A stretch of DNA of 44,484 nt from Nemertoderma westbladi (taxonomy: Eukaryota; Animalia; Xenacoelomorpha), in assembly GCA_032718475.1 (NCBI GenBank), contig JAUCBJ010002228.1, positions 1-44,484 on the forward strand, given 5' to 3'. This document shows, piece after piece, positions 23,723 to 35,441 of this stretch. The notes below the pieces were generated by a model. That model was given only the letters and a program-made list of their open reading frames with translations, was not told where the DNA came from and did not search any database. The position numbers and the translations under genes are program-made. Numbering within the stretch: position 1 is the first letter of the stretch; the number at the start of each line of letters is the position of its first letter.

Positions 23723-24989
23723 GAAAGTGGTAGCAATGCCAGGTTAGCCAGCTGCTAACTACAGTACAAGATATGATTTCATATGGGAGCCCTATCAGAA
23801 AACGAAATGCTACAAGTTGATGCTACCACCGAAATTTGATTCGGGGTCTCCTGTATCTCGGCTCGATACAATGTACTCAATAATGGATTGTATGTCCTTT
23901 ACTAAGTAAGTTATGAGAGATGGAATTGGAACTCTTCTAAAAAATACAACGGGAGCAATAACATCCCTCTCCACTCCACACAAGAGTTTAGTGTTGCAAC
24001 TCAACTGAAGGATAGCCCTACTTTGGAGTAGGCAGAGTCTTCAACCAATCATTACTTCATATGACACTGACTTCAATGGCATCTCTTCTAACTTTCCCAC
24101 ACCAAAGGAAAGGGTATTTTAAAACGGCTGGATATTGAAAGGACGACATTAATAGACCTCCTCCCTCAATGCGGACTTTATGATGAAAACCTACAATCAA
24201 GGTCGATTGGTTTGGTAGGCCTATCGTTCATATGCGTTCCTGTGGCAAAAGGAGCAGGTTACAGTAGCGGTGTTTTCTAACCAAAACAATTAACAAAACT
24301 AGATTTCTTAATTAAGGGAACGGAAAGGAGTAGGTTACAGTGGCGTACTTTTCTAACCAAAACAATAAACGAAAACTCAATAACATAGGTTACAGTATGT
24401 AGGGCTGGAGGGCCTACAGTCTTATTTTTGCAATACGAAAATACCACAGGTACTATATATGTTTAATATAGTTTAGCCACAAAATAATAAAACCAATAAT
24501 TCAACTGCATAAGTAGTAAGTATGTAAGTAAAAATACTGGTCAGGTATGTAAGTGAACGTATACTACTGTTATGTGTATGTGTAGTCTAATATAAACCGC
24601 ATAATTATTATGAAAAGTAAAATTAACAAGAAAAGCAAGAATTAAAAGGTTCGAACACGCTAAAATTGGATAAAAATGAAGAGTTAGTTCTGGATAAAAG
24701 TGATACTAAATGAGACGAGATTGAACAATAAATACAAGACATAAAAATTAAAATTAAATAAAAATAAATGAAAAAAGAAATACAAATAGCGTAAGAGCAA
24801 CGAGTCTGTAGAATGGAATATAGCAGCAATAGATTAATTATTAAAAAAGAAATGAAAAACGAAATACAGTCAGAATCGAGATAATCAGAAGATCACAATA
24901 ATTAATTGAACATATGGATGTGTAAATTTTTTTATAAGTTAGAACCAAGAAGGGGTAAATTTCAAAGGATGGCGATGGCCGTTCGTTCA

Positions 24990-25262
24990 GCCTCGTCCAG
25001 CATGGTGGGCGCGATAACCACGCTGTCAGTAAGTGAGTTCCACGGATCACCACGACCCTAAATTGGTAGGTAGTGTTGCGTACCAACAGACGCGCGCGCG
25101 GCTTCTCCATTTTTCGCGAATGTCCACGGAGACAGATGTGACGGATGACAGCGTAAGTTTTCCGCTCCAGTCAACTGCCTCGAGACCTGACAGATAGCGG
25201 TAGACTTGTATAAGATCGGCACGGAGACGGCGGTACTCGAGTGCTGGCAGGCCAAGTCGCGA
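24990..25262 (-). mobile_element. Degraded CR1-type LINE ORF2 C-terminal fragment
   Basis: Across frameshifts: RLGLPALEYRRLRADLIQVYRYL...RGHSRKMEKPRARLLVRNTTYQFRVV..DPWNSLTDSVVIAPT. Confidence 0.8.
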
Positions 25263-25497
25263 AAAAGTTGTTGGGCTAGAAACAATCGAATAAGGGGTAA
25301 AAGAAGGTGTCCTGAATCGAGTGGCGGGGTGTGGTTTTTTGTAAAAACACGAAGAAACGGTCGAAATGGCGGGTTTGGGTGCTACATATTTGTCATTGTT
25401 ATTGGTTCTTTGTCATATTGTGCTACATATTCATACTACAACTCATTGAACTCGGTACCTACAGATACCAAATCAAATATACAATGTAAATAAGACA

Positions 25498-25652
25498 ATA
25501 TGATAATACTCTCCATAGCGAAAAATATCAACCGGCCCTATTGGGGCTCGAACCCGGTGCCTAGGTTTCAAACTTCTGGTTATCATCAGCCGGGTGAGTG
25601 TACTGAGCTACCAGACCGGATGAATATTTAGCTATGGAGTGGGAGATCATAT
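25498..25652 (-). ncRNA. Long hairpin enclosing a tRNA-like Pol III unit with an embedded, mutated minimal hammerhead
   Basis: Inverted flanks ATATGAT..CTCCATAGC..AATAT..CCGG. Minus strand GGTAGCTCAGT (A box)..ACCCGG CTGATGA TAACCAGAAGTTT GAA ACCTAGGC A CCGGGT TCGAGCCC (B box). Confidence 0.6.
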
Positions 25653-26131
25653 TTAGGCCAACTAATCACTCGAAGGAAAGTACAACTTCGTCCAAATCAA
25701 ACATCATACCAAATCAAACGCTAGACCAACTTCGCCACCGGCGCTCTATGAATCCTTATAAAACGAAAACCCAACTGGAAATAGAGTTTTTAACAATTAT
25801 TTCGTAAATATTGAAATACATCGTGGGTTGGCAGAATAACTCGCACGTCAATCGGGACAATTTATTTATAGTTAAACAAACATTAAACTTGTTTATTAAA
25901 CATTGTTGTATTAAACATTAAACTTAAACAAACGTTAGGCGATAAGAAATCGACGCAAATCCACCAGCTTATTCCCAACATAAAGACAACCCCGCCGCCA
26001 TGCATATTCTCTGATAACATTACATTATCGGTATTAAAAAAATATTTACATAGAAAAAAATATTTAAATAAATATAGATTCCCACACAGACTCATATTGT
26101 TTGGGTGGTGGAGGTGGGGTGGAGGTGGGGT

Positions 26132-28438
26132 GGGCACTTAGGCTTGTCCAAAATTGATCGAAATCGATCGAAAATAATGTCGATAATAATCGATCGAATT
26201 TTTTTTTTCATTTGAAATTATTTTCGATTAATTTTTCACTATATAGAATATCAATCATTTTTAACAAAAATTATTCAAATACAGTTTTTCATTAATATTG
26301 TTTTTCCGTAAATGGGTGTAATGTAAAAATTTTGGAATAAAACTTAAGGTACTAAGGAGCTAATAAACCAACAGGTTGATGCCATCAATGATGCTGACGA
26401 CAGCAGGCAATCATCCCAGGCATGGAAATCAATCAATCTGCTTACTGGGCGGAAAAGCCAACCAACCACCAAGGTTAAGGCTGAATCACCAGCCGATCGC
26501 CTCAATGGTTGGAAAGCCCACTTTGAAAAGCTCCTCAACAATGACAGGGAATTGCCTGATAACTTTATAGAAGTAAAAGTGTCTGAGTCTGTACTCCCAG
26601 ATATTCCCATTGGCGATATCTCCTTTGCAGAAGTGAAGGCTGCTGCAAAGAGCATTAAGACCAATCGTGCCAGTGGAGTAGATGGTGTTCCCCCTGAGGT
26701 CTTTAAAATACCTGAGTGTTTAAAGCTCATCTATCCCATCATAGTAGACATGTACCGAACAACAAGAGTCCCACAAGAAATGAAAACAAATAAGTTGGTG
26801 CCAGTTCCCAAGAAGGGCAACCTAACACTCTATGGTTCTTTTCGGGGAATCTCATTGATCTCGATTGCTGCAAAGCTATCCAATAGGATTCTATTAAATC
26901 GCATCAGGGATCCCATTGAGAGACTGCTCCGTGGAAATCAGAATGGGTTCCGTAAAGGTCGTAGGACCATGGAGCCCATTTTGGCACTTAGAAGGATAAT
27001 TGAAGAATTATCAAAAAAGAAAGACAGGCATCTAGCTGTTACCTTTGTTGACTTCTTCAAGGCCTTTGATTCAGTCACTCGCTCACGTATGTTCAGCATA
27101 CTTTCAATATATGGGATTCCTGATGAAATTATTGCAGCAATCAGATCAGTATACGATGGTTCGACAACATTTGTGTCTACTGTTGACGGTGACACAGAAC
27201 CATTTGAAGTGTTATGGGGCGTCCTCCAAGGAGACACACTTGCACCATTTTTGTTCATTATTGTGGTTGACTATGACTATGTTCTACGCATGTCCTTAGA
27301 TCATCATAATGATGATGGGGTGATGATAACTCCACCTACTGGCTCCAGAAGTCGAGGAAATCCTGCCAAGTACCTAACTGATCTAGACTTTGATGATGAC
27401 TTAGGAGTACTCTCAGAATCATTAGACGGAGCCCAACGGCTCCTCAGCTCATTAGAACATGCTGCTTCTAGTGTTGGTCTTTTTATTAACTCCAGAAAGA
27501 CCAAAATTCTGACCGTTAACTTTGAAAGTCATCAGCAAGTCTCTGATCGGATGAGCATAAGCTCAAAGGATGGTATGCTTGAGCATGTGGACGACTTCTG
27601 TTACCTGGGATCATGGATCCGGAAGTCAGGTGAGGACCTTCGAATACGTAAGGGAAAGGCATGGGCAGCCTTGAATAGGCTTTCCAGGATTTGGAAGTCA
27701 CCGAGAATTAATCGGAAACTTAAGGTCCGATTATTTAGGACAGCAGTAGTTCCAGTACTCCTCTACGGGAGTCCATGCTGGGCTCTAACTGCTGAGGACA
27801 CCAAATCTCTGGATGGCACATTCACAAGAATGCTACGCCGGGTTCATTGTGTCAAGTACAATGCACACATCTCCAACCAGACACTATATAACATTGGAGG
27901 TGTCTCATTGGTTCCCCCAAGCTTGGCACTAGAACAAAATCGCCTCCGCTTTGCAGGACATTGCTTTCGCCGTGAGGACCAGCCAGTGCATAATCTTGTA
28001 CTTTGGCAGCCTCATGGAGTGAATAAGCATGGTGGACAGCCCATGACTTTCTTGAGACGCATCTTAAAGGACACTGGCCTTAAAGATGCGGATGATCTAG
28101 CAAATGTCATGGGTGATAGGGAGTTGTGGCGGTGCAATTTTGTTGACAAGCCGGCACAGCATTCTTAAAAATGCAGCTGCAATGCAGCATGCCGATCCTA
28201 GTAGTAGGGCACTTAGGGTTGTCCAAAATTGATCGAAATCGATAATCGATCGAAAATAATGTCGATAATAATCGATCGAATTTTTTTTTTCATTTGAAAT
28301 GATTTTCGATTAATTTTTCACTATATAGAATATCAATCATTTTTAACAAAAATTATTCAAATACAGTTTTTCATTAATATTGTTTTTCCGTAAATGGGTG
28401 TAATGTAAAAATTTTGGAATAAAACTTAAGGTACTAAG
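26132..28438 (+). repeat. ~225-bp direct duplication flanking the RTE insertion (26132-26356 and 28207-28438)
   Basis: GGGCACTTAGG..TTGTCCAAAATTGATCG...AAAACTTAAGGTACTAAG occurs on both sides; the right copy has a 7-bp insertion and a few SNPs. Confidence 0.9.
26357..28206 (+). mobile_element. 5'-truncated RTE-like LINE (reverse transcriptase ORF open from 26357 to the stop at 28168)
   Basis: RT motifs PVPKKG, FRGISL, NQNGFRKGR, FVDFFKAFDSV, GVLQGDTLAPFLF, LDFDDD (altered FADD) and FCYLGS; RTE-type C-terminus LRFAGHCFR; short 3' UTR ending (TAG)3; no endonuclease domain. Confidence 0.92.
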
Positions 28439-29978
28439 AATATTCTAATAATCATATCTGCATTTGTACTCTCTCAATCCATTCATTATTAATCTTAATG
28501 TGGTGCGAGCCACGAAGTGAGCGAAGCCTTAGCATAGGGGTTCCATTAACGAGTTGTCCAATTTTTGTTCGCTAATAAGTCGGTCATTCCATCATAAAAT
28601 TAAACCAAACTTGGTACCTATGTATTCCGATAAAAGGTTAGACAAAATCTGAAGATTGGTAAAAAAACCACAGTCTGTCTGTAGTTTCACACATTTGATA
28701 AAAACCGTAATAAGTCGGTCAAATATTAATGAAATTGATCCAAACTTGGTACACACGTATTAAGTAAATAAGTAGCTATAAAGTATAGTACCAACCAGCA
28801 GATCCATCTGAAATTTGGTAGAAATGACCTATGAACATTAAGGGTTTATAAATAATTTTGCTTAAACAGACTAAGTCAGATCATCTGTCAGTCCCGTGAC
28901 CCGTGGTGGCGTATTGTGAATATAAACAAGTATTCGGAATACATCTTCAGGGGTTATTTGAGCTCGTGCTGCGCGAAGGCCCCACGAACGTGTACCAAAC
29001 CGTACTCAACAGCAAATTGCAAAGTCCCATTTTACACACATAAATTTTATTAAATATTAAACTTAATCTTCTTTTTACAAAGAAAGTTTTTCTATTAGTA
29101 ACCAATAAATTATTGAAATCTTATAATATTTTAATTGGTAAAAATCGAAAATCATCGATCATCGATCGAAAATTTCATAAAATCGATCGAAAAATTTAGT
29201 AAATTTCGATGGACAACGCTAGCCGCACATAATATGAACTTTCAACTAGTTAAGTTGAAATTTTAATGTTATTTAGTTAATTAAAATGGGTTCATTTAAT
29301 TAACTTGGCACTGCGAATTTAGTTAGTTACAAAAAAAGAGTTCACTTTTCAAATAGTTTAGGTTTAATACAAATTACAAGAATTGCATTTGAATAAACAT
29401 TTAAAGTAGAAGATTTAAAATTATATGACTAACATTATATTAATTACAATTAATATAACTTAGATTTAAATCATTAAACTGGATAATAAATTAAAAGGTC
29501 TAAAATGAAGGTTAACGCATTGTCGGGGAATTCTAGCACTTTTCATTCATTTTCATAATATTAATTATGTTTTATATTTTTTATTAATTGAAATGAATGT
29601 TAGTTGTTTAATTTTATTTTATTTTTCTGAGCACGTAAACTACTTCGTAACCCTTTCTGGCACTATTGGCTAACCAATAGGTGGTAAAGTAGTAGTACTG
29701 CGGTTGTATTAGTAGTGGTAGTACTGTCTATGGCGTCTGGCGTCATAGAAAGTTTGGTCGATGGCGCCGCCAGCGCCATCAGCAAATTTGCAAAAAAAAA
29801 ACCTGAATTGAAAAATGAACTATTCAGAAAGAAATCTTAAAAAATTTAATATTTATTAAACTTTTAAACTACCGGTACTGTATAATTCATAATTGAACTT
29901 AATTCTTAAAATAAAATTGCAAAAAAAGGACATAATTATTGTTACACTATTTAAAAGAAACGTTAATTAATTGTTCTA

Positions 29979-31151
29979 CTAGGACTTTATATCCTTGGAG
30001 ACATTAGAGTCGGATAGGTTAACTGAGCCGCCGCAGCCAGCGTGATCATTACCGGACGTCCCGACGTCCACAATAGAGTCACCGGAAGTGGGGAGTTCAA
30101 ATCCGCGATCCCGGAAGTCGTCAGCCGTCCAGTAAGTTAACTCCGGCCGCCCTTGGGGATCGGGGAGCGAGACTAAGTAGAGACGGGGGGCTTTACGGAG
30201 CCACCATCTAGTTAGATTGTGCAGCACGACGGTCTGGTTGAGGATCCAGGTAGTGGTGAAATAGGCGCCTCCAGCGGAGGCCAGCCAGAAGAGTTGCAAC
30301 CCGGCTGGGAGGAAAGCGGAGATGCAACCGCAGAGGAGAGGGGAGAGAGAGAGAGCGCGTTGGAGGGAGTGAGTCCATCCGGGTGGGACGTAGAGTAGTC
30401 GGTCTGAGTCGGGGATGGGACGGGTTCCCCAGCCGAGTTGGTACCGGAGCGGCGAATATATCGACAGGATCCCGATGCACAAAGGAAGTACGTAGTACGG
30501 ATCGCTCGCGGTGAGATCGGAGATCCACAAGAGGCCTCCGGATCGGAAGGTCGCAGCGACAACGGCGTTAACGGGAGCGTAAATCGCGCTGGTTACCGCC
30601 GCCGCTGTTGCTAACCACAAGGGGAAGTACGCTAAACAGGTAACTAACGGAGCTAATCGCGGGTAGGGGGAGCATTTCACTTTATTCGATACCTCCTCTA
30701 ATAATCCTCGGGAAACTTCCCCCCATTTATCGCTAGTTTCCCCCCGTTCTTCCGCTGGTTTCCCCAATAGAAAGTTATTTATTTTCCACCTGTCGTCGTA
30801 CACACCGCGCGCGGCCCAGCGATACTTTATCGTTACGTACATATTGCGAACTACGAATGGGAAAGGGACCGAGCGAAACGCGCACCCACACACCAGTAGA
30901 GTCACCCACCACGAGACCTGGGAAGTGGCGTTAAACTGCGCCAGAGTCTCTTGCAGGGGCGTGGCGGCAACTCCCACTGCCTCCAATAGCGACGACAATG
31001 ACGTCACCACACCGCCGCTGTTCTGTCTTACAGAACCGGTTGTGGCGACAGGTAGAACTCGATATCTGTAAGTGGAGGTTACTATTCCGGTTCGTGATTG
31101 GCCAATTCGATGGGTTGGGTGGCAACGTTGAAATACACTGAGACAATACAT
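29979..31151 (-). CDS. COX18: Oxa1/YidC-family mitochondrial insertase, most like COX18 (divergent, coding region apparently intronless)
   Basis: Likely ATG at 31151 (MYCLS..., the 7th codon of the listed ORF). SWWVTLL..FRSVPFP (TM1), YFPLWL, SGGLLWISDLTASDPYYVLP and LPAGLQLFWLAS are Oxa1/COX18 motifs. No long basic ribosome-binding tail as in OXA1L. Confidence 0.75.
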   Translation of the reverse strand: MYCLSVFQRCHPTHRIGQSRTGIVTSTYRYRVLPVATTGSVRQNSGGVVTSLSSLLEAVGVAATPLQETLAQFNATSQVSWWVTLLVCGCAFRSVPFPFVVRNMYVTIKYRWAARGVYDDRWKINNFLLGKPAEERGETSDKWGEVSRGLLEEVSNKVKCSPYPRLAPLVTCLAYFPLWLATAAAVTSAIYAPVNAVVAATFRSGGLLWISDLTASDPYYVLPLCIGILSIYSPLRYQLGWGTRPIPDSDRLLYVPPGWTHSLQRALSLSPLLCGCISAFLPAGLQLFWLASAGGAYFTTTWILNQTVVLHNLTRWWLRKAPRLYLVSLPDPQGRPELTYWTADDFRDRGFELPTSGDSIVDVGTSGNDHAGCGGSVNLSDSNVSKDIKS

Positions 31152-31293
31152 AATTAAGAAATTAAACAAACAAATACCTGATTACAGGATTTCTGTGCAG
31201 GCAAAAGAACAGAGAAAAAATACAAACCCTGAAACCTGTTAGTAAGGGGGCCTATCGGTAGCAAGGCTGCAAGGCCCTAGCAAGTACCGGTAG

Positions 31294-32971
31294 CAGGCCC
31301 GTATCGTGCGGGGGGGCTTTGGGGGCACTGCCCCCCCAGAGAAGTCCCACTGCCCCCCCAGACATGTATTGTTCACTCGTCTTGTTCACAATTAATTAAT
31401 AATAATATTGTTGGTAATCAATATTATTGGATTCACATACTCCTGCCCACTGACCTGACCTGACTTCCCACCATTCCATTTGGTCCAATTCCTATAATAC
31501 TACATGACATTAATATACCTACCTACCTGTAATAATTACTAAAAATACTCGAAAGCTCTAGGTTCTCTCATTGGCTACCAGGGTGGAGGGGTTGTTTGCT
31601 GTTGACCCATTGTTTATTTGCTTGTAGTTTGGGAGCCAGCTTGCAGCTAAAAGGCTTGGCGCTGAGGGTTGCTTGCGCTGGTATCCATAGCTATAATTTG
31701 TTGTAACTTAACCTTAACCATATTATACCTGAAGTGGGACCTTCGCGCAGCACGTGACATAAACTTATGTAAGTGTAATCTTGAAAGAAAAATAAGCAAA
31801 ATCTAAGCGGATGCCCTTGATCACTTTACACCAGCCTAGAGGCAGGCTTGAAAACTGCAGTCGATTTAACCCTTGTGCTCTCTTTGAGGTCATTTTTGAC
31901 CCATCGAAGATTTAAACTTACACAATTTTATCACACATTGATATTTTATCTCGAAATTTTGTGACATTTATTATTTTATAGTACTTCTCAATTAGAAAAA
32001 CAAAAATGTAAAAATTTGCAAGGGGGTCTATTCAATTTTACAATTTATAGGGGCCTACCCTATTTGTCAATATCGCATCAAGGCGCTAATTTTGACTTGA
32101 GCCGGACTTCACATTATCTGCAATATCTCAAAAACTATTCGCTCTATGCTTGTTTTAAAGGTGTCTACACCAACTAAATCGGTCATTGCTATTCTAAATG
32201 AGCATAATATCAATGCAGTAGGAATAATAGAAGTTGATCATCACAAAATGGGGAATATGACTCACTTGCGCCAAGGGCGGGAACTGGCCATGTGCCTGTG
32301 GGAATATTTCCTGTCATCCCCAAATCAAAATTTTGGTATCTATCGAAGTTTGGGCTCATTTGATGACATCAGATGTGCAAACTCAGTTTAAATTCGACAA
32401 AAAGTTTTTTTGAACCACCCCAACCCTCTCATTTACCTGAGGTCAAAATTGACCTCAAAGGAATCATCTGTTTGAGAAACGAAGGGTTAAGACCACAGAA
32501 AAAGTTTAAATGACACAGCTAATGGTCGAGTACAATTCTGCCAAGTTTCAGCTTAAACGGATTAAAAACAAAGAAATGGGAGAACATTTCATGTTTAGAC
32601 ATGTAGCCATCTAGCGGGAGACTGTTGAACTGTTGGGGTCAAAAGTCGCTAAATAATGTCAAGTTTTGGACATATTTATGCCTACAAAATTTTCAATTCG
32701 ACAGCTTTAAATAAATTCTGCCTTATTTGAATGTCAAAATAGTTACGTCAACAACTATTTGCCATTATTGACATTCTCCTTAACAGTGTCAATTCACCAA
32801 GGCTCCGCCAACTTCGTGGCTCGCCCCACACACCTTTCAACGATATTGATTATACTTAATGTACTAAATTAACTCTCACTTTGTTGTATGCTTACCAAAT
32901 CCCAGTTATGGTTTTGCCCCCCCAGATTTGGCCTCTGCCCCCCCAGACATTATGATCACCATACGGGCCTG
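31294..32971 (-). mobile_element. Non-autonomous hAT-type DNA transposon, copy 2 (inverted relative to 16745-17872)
   Basis: TIRs CAGGCCCGTAT...ATACGGGCCTG; 8-bp TSD ACCGGTAG at 31286-31293 and 32972-32979. Confidence 0.9.
31870..32486. mobile_element. Non-autonomous piggyBac-type element nested in hAT copy 2
   Basis: TTAA|CCCTT...AAGGG|TTAA (TSDs 31866-31869 and 32487-32490); subterminal inverted TTTGAGGTCA/TGACCTCAAA. Copy 1 shows the empty site GTCTTAAATCGACTGCAG. Confidence 0.88.
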
Positions 32972-34556
32972 ACCGGTAGCCTAGGTTACATGTACGAGGA
33001 AACAAGTGAACAAGGGAGGTAGGTCAGTAGCTACATTCTTATTACGTACCGCGTGGCGCGCGTACCGCCCGGACCGGTTCATTCAGACTATCAAATATTT
33101 TATAGGACCTACTAACCTACAGTAGCATACCGGTAGTAAAACATCAGCAGACTGGTAAACTGAAAGTAACTTACCCAACTATTAAACCAGACAATGTTTC
33201 TATTCCTCAACGATGTTACCATTAAACCAAGGTGCACCGTGCATGTTGAATATGCCATCTATATCCTAGCATCTCATTGCAAACCCAGCCAGCCAGCACT
33301 ACAATGGTAGCCTGCATCTTGCATTCCCTTTTCAAAGTTACTACTGTAAACTAGTGGAAAGTGAATCGTTGACCTAGTGATTTTTAGTGTGGCATTACAT
33401 CAGGGACTGCCGGCATAGCAACATTGCGGAGCAAAATACAGTACAAGTTTCAAAAAGCGCAACTACTGTATATGAAAATTCAAGTTTTGCTTCGAAATAT
33501 TAAAAATTAATTTGATTCAAAAAGTTTTTGAAAGAAGTGTGTCTATCACTACAGTCACGCTCTCCATTACAATACGTTTGTAGCACTTGAAATCCACCTG
33601 AATCCACGTTGATGGCCACTTCCACCTGATATCATCCATATTGTTAAGATTTTATCCAAATTTTGTGAAACCAACTTAGTCCAATGAAACTATCGATTTA
33701 CAGAACTTTTTAGAGCAAACGAAAGCTTTTAATTATCGTCTTAAATACATAATTTAACCCAGCCTTTAACTGTAACTAGTCATATTTGTCGACCCCAAAA
33801 TCCCTTGTTCCTAAAAAAAAATCATTCGTTATCTTACTCTATAAACTATTGTGGTTTTTAAACTAAAACAAACAAATAAATTACACCTAAACTCAATAAA
33901 ACAATCCCAATTTCATTACATAAAAAATCTTCGCTAACATTTTAGTGAAAATCATCAAATTTGCTTGCATATGTTACTACCATACAACATCACTTGGAAT
34001 AGTGTCGGTAATTAGCAGAATTAATTAGGTGTTAGGTAATTAGTTCCTCCTTGCCATGGATGAGCCAGAAGTATTATTTTTGCTTTCATTCTTTAGCAAC
34101 ACGAGTTCTAAAAGGTGTCTCCGTCGATATTGCACCAGTTCCACCGCAGTTATTCTTCAAACCTCTAGTGATTTGTTGGTATTTTTAGAAAGCTGACCAA
34201 GCAAGGATTCTAAATATGTAACACAATCTGAATTTCGTTAAAAATAGCTGAGATATGAGCGTTCAAAACAGGCTCTCTGTGGATCCAACTAAATTTCAAT
34301 ACCAAATTCAATAGCAAACAAAATTCAAATTTCCATTTTTATACTGGCTATGATTTGATAATTGGTTTGATTAATAATATGACTGGATATGTTAGCTATT
34401 TATTTTCAAATAATTCTTATTTTCTTGAACAACAAGTTTTCCGTACTGTGAAGGGTTCAGCAACACGTAGATTACAGAAACAGGTTACTGTGTGTTAGCA
34501 GTCCAGCAACAAGTTGCAGAAACAATTTCTGTGTGTAAAGAGTCCAGCAACAAGTT

Positions 34557-34755
34557 TACCCATGTGAAGTTTATCAGACTTTCTGTTGTAATATTTCACT
34601 TTGTGTGAAAAATATATATATATGTATCTACAGTATATTGTATATAGGCCTATGTATGTGAAAAATACCAGATTATCACTAATTCTCAATGTATTAAATT
34701 TAAATTTAATATTTAAATTTCAAGGTGAAAACCTGGTAATCTTCACATGGGTGAA
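34557..34755. mobile_element. Small MITE-like inverted repeat
   Basis: TACCCATGTGAAGTTTATCAGACTTTC versus GAAAACCTGGTAATCTTCACATGGGTGA. Confidence 0.55.
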
Positions 34756-35441
34756 CATCCGAATAAGTTGCTCCGTATGAGGGGTGTCTTAGAAGTGTTC
34801 ATGTAAGAAAATTTGCAATTACTGCATTACAGTATGCCTCCCAAAGCCTGACGTACAATAATTATTGTACGTCTGTGTTATATCCAACCCCCCCCCCCCC
34901 CCCCCCCCCTTCCTATCATAAATAATTACAGTAGATAATTTTTGCTATTTTATGATATTCTGGACATAATTGTTAATTTTTATAAATAGTTCTAGAACTA
35001 TTTTTTTTCTAGAATCGCGATATTTTTTTATAATTATTCTGTTCTTTAAATAGTTTAAAAGAACAAAAACTATTTTTTCTAGTAATGCTTGTAATAGTAC
35101 TGCAATGTCATCTTTATAACTTTTACCAAAGAAATTAATAAACTATCTTGTATTTAAAAAAATATTGTTAGGGGGAGAGTACTAAAAAACGAGACAGTAA
35201 TATTTAACAAGCGAAATTAACAAGTCTACTAACGCTATACTACAGTATTCTTCCGCCATCTCTATGAAAAATAATATATTTTTTCACTAATTTACTTTAA
35301 TACATTATATTTTATAAAATTATATTTATTGCAGCAACCTGTATACAGAGCGATTAATAGTTATTTTCTCTAATTGCAAAATACTTTTAGTAGTAGGCCT
35401 ATAGTTGCCATCTGGGGTAAGCTCAATGCATCGCACAATAG

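Noticed and set aside
22928-23758. CRISPR-like palindromic repeats and Cys-rich ORFs
   Set aside because: Units abut without spacers and form the arms of a foldback transposon; the ORFs are repeat translations.
23770-24200. Moderately GC-rich, coding-looking stretch
   Set aside because: The frames examined are interrupted by stops and no motif was recognised.
28925-28955. Additional hammerhead candidate (minus CTGAAGATGTATTCCGAATAC)
   Set aside because: No GAAA after stem II and no stem I/III.
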